DNA from: a virus
Virus record (IMG/VR): IMGVR_UViG_3300003973_000003
Location: 1 to 45,338 of that record
Strand: one strand, 5' to 3'
Length of the DNA stretch: 45,338 bases
A program made the position numbers and the translations under genes. The notes under the pieces are model-generated. The model did not search any database. It was not told the DNA's origin and worked only from the letters and a program-made list of their open reading frames with translations. Positions 44,247 to 45,338 of this stretch are shown in pieces. Numbering within the stretch: position 1 is the stretch's first letter; every line of letters starts with the position of its first letter.

Positions 44247-44927
44247 ATGAACCAAAAAGACTTGCGCCCCGCTGGAACTTTCGCGCAGAATTACGGCGTG
44301 AAAATGCTGGCGTACGGGCCACCCGGCCAGGGTAAGACGCCCCTGATTAAAACAGCGCCACGCCCCGTCTTGCTGTTCACCGAACCCGGCATGTTGTCAA
44401 TGAAGGGTAGCGATGTACCGGCGTTCGAAGGCAACAACGTGAAACGCATTGACGAATTTTTCGAATGGGTTGAAAAGTCGAATGAGATTCGCAACTTTGA
44501 CACAATCGGGGTTGATTCCGTGTCTAACATGGCCGAAATCTTCCTCGCCGAAGAATTACCTAAGCAGCGTGACCCGCGTAAAGCTTACGGTAACATGTCA
44601 AACTGGGTAATGGCCCACTTGAATATGCTGTACTATATGAAACAGAAACACGCATATTTGATTGCGAAAGAAGCGCGTATTGACACGGGCGAATCTTCCG
44701 GGGTATGCTCTTATTTCCCAGGTAAAGATTTAAGCGTAAAGGTTCCGCATCTTTTCGACCTGATCGCCAGGGTAGCAAAGGCAACCGTACCCGGACAGCC
44801 GATGCCAGTATTAGCAATTCGCTGTGTAGGTAATGTGGTGGAACATGCCCGCGACCGTACCGGCAAATTGAACGAATTGGAACCGCCGAATTTGGCTAAC
44901 CTGTTCAACAAAGCAATGTCGAACTAA
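44247..44927 (+). CDS. Sak4-like RecA-fold ATPase (AAA_24 type ssDNA annealing / recombination protein)
   Basis: 226 aa. VKMLAYGPPGQGKTPL is the Walker A and IGVDSVSNM is Walker B-like. The pairing with a downstream DUF669-type gene is typical. Confidence 0.8.
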   Translation: MNQKDLRPAGTFAQNYGVKMLAYGPPGQGKTPLIKTAPRPVLLFTEPGMLSMKGSDVPAFEGNNVKRIDEFFEWVEKSNEIRNFDTIGVDSVSNMAEIFLAEELPKQRDPRKAYGNMSNWVMAHLNMLYYMKQKHAYLIAKEARIDTGESSGVCSYFPGKDLSVKVPHLFDLIARVAKATVPGQPMPVLAIRCVGNVVEHARDRTGKLNELEPPNLANLFNKAMSN

Positions 44928-44984
44928 ACGGCAACGCCCGCACCGTTCTAATGTGGGCAACCTTACAAATAGATTGGAAATATC

Positions 44985-45338
44985 ATGGCAAAGATGCAAG
45001 CATTCAACCCGGCACAACACAACCCAGTTCAATCGGACGGCAACATGCCTATCGGCAAGTACGTCGTAATGAACATCGGTTCGGATGTTGTCGCGTCCGG
45101 TAGTAACGCCAACTCGGGTCTGGTGAAATACAAGGCGCAAGTCATGACCGGCGACAACAAAGGTCTGAGTGGCGCAATCCGTTTCAACTTGTGGAACGTC
45201 AGCGACAAGGCCCGCGAAATCGCAGAACGCCAATACTCGGCAATGTGCCATGCTATCGGTGTTGTCGGCACCGTACACGATTCCGCGCAATGTCACGGTA
45301 TCGCGTATATGATCGAAGTCGGCCCATCCCGCGACGAA
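44985..45338 (+). CDS. 5' part of an SSB-like ssDNA-binding protein (DUF669-type). The gene continues at 2..619 through the window junction.
   Basis: ATG at 44985 is open to the window end (118 codons: MAKMQAFNPAQHNPVQSDGNMPIGKYVVMNIG...). The last 34 codons are identical to the start of ORF 8..619. The gene sits directly after a Sak4-like ATPase, the usual DUF669 context. Confidence 0.75.
   Translation, partial: MAKMQAFNPAQHNPVQSDGNMPIGKYVVMNIGSDVVASGSNANSGLVKYKAQVMTGDNKGLSGAIRFNLWNVSDKAREIAERQYSAMCHAIGVVGTVHDSAQCHGIAYMIEVGPSRDE
45236..45338. repeat. Second copy of the terminal duplication (identical to 1-103)
   Basis: Direct comparison with bases 1-103. Confidence 0.95.

Noticed and set aside
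43810-44322. A 170-aa minus-strand ORF lies opposite the rightward early genes
   Set aside because: It is a shadow ORF spanning two + strand genes and their intergenic SD. Its R/S-rich composition is not protein-like, and it has no promoter or SD context.
1035-44959. The dispersed octamer considered as a DnaA box (TTGCCCACA versus consensus TTATCCACA)
   Set aside because: Only some copies have the leading TT, and two core positions differ from the consensus. In addition, 24 copies scattered through coding regions is not how DnaA boxes are organised, and none lies in the candidate origin at 40245-40521.
44928-44984. A hairpin aacgg...ccgtt after the Sak4-like gene considered as a terminator
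   Set aside because: It has only a 5-bp stem with an 11-nt loop and no U-tract.
44811-45296. A 161-aa minus-strand ORF lies opposite the end of the Sak4-like gene and the start of the SSB-like gene
   Set aside because: It spans an intergenic region and two well-supported + strand genes, and it has shadow composition.

Overview
The window is a complete, densely coded phage genome of about 45.2 kb. Bases 1-103 are identical to 45236-45338, so the sequence is a circular or terminally redundant genome opened inside a gene, with a unique length of 45235 bp.

The virus is a siphovirus with a lambda-like tail module and infects a Gram-negative host, judged from the lipobox o-spanin and i-spanin pair. 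No integrase, tRNA, rRNA, CRISPR array or transposase was seen.

Two convergent transcription units start from back-to-back sigma70-like promoters at 43200-43270 and meet at a bidirectional terminator at 6601-6627.
- The rightward unit wraps the window end. It carries two unknown early genes, a Sak4-like ATPase, a DUF669-type SSB-like protein with a roughly 130-aa G/N/Q tail, a Cas4-like PD-(D/E)XK nuclease, an SF2 helicase, a small zinc-ribbon protein ending in EDDIPF, a beta-clamp-like protein and a family-B-like DNA polymerase.
- The leftward unit carries an HTH protein, a primase-polymerase/helicase, a 277-bp non-coding AT-rich repeat region, about 25 small early genes, a lysis cassette, terminase, portal, head, neck, tail and tail fibre genes.

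The observations most worth a second look are:
- The octamer TGCCCACA/TGTGGGCA occurs at least 24 times against about 1.5 expected. It is strand-biased and independent of reading frame.
- The non-coding region at 40245-40521 is a candidate replication origin.
- A zinc-ribbon protein carries an SSB C-terminal-tip mimic.
- A 23-nt translation-initiation leader is shared by two otherwise unrelated genes.
- A 224-aa gene of unknown function has its own promoter and terminator.

All motif counts and coordinates were made by eye and should be recomputed.
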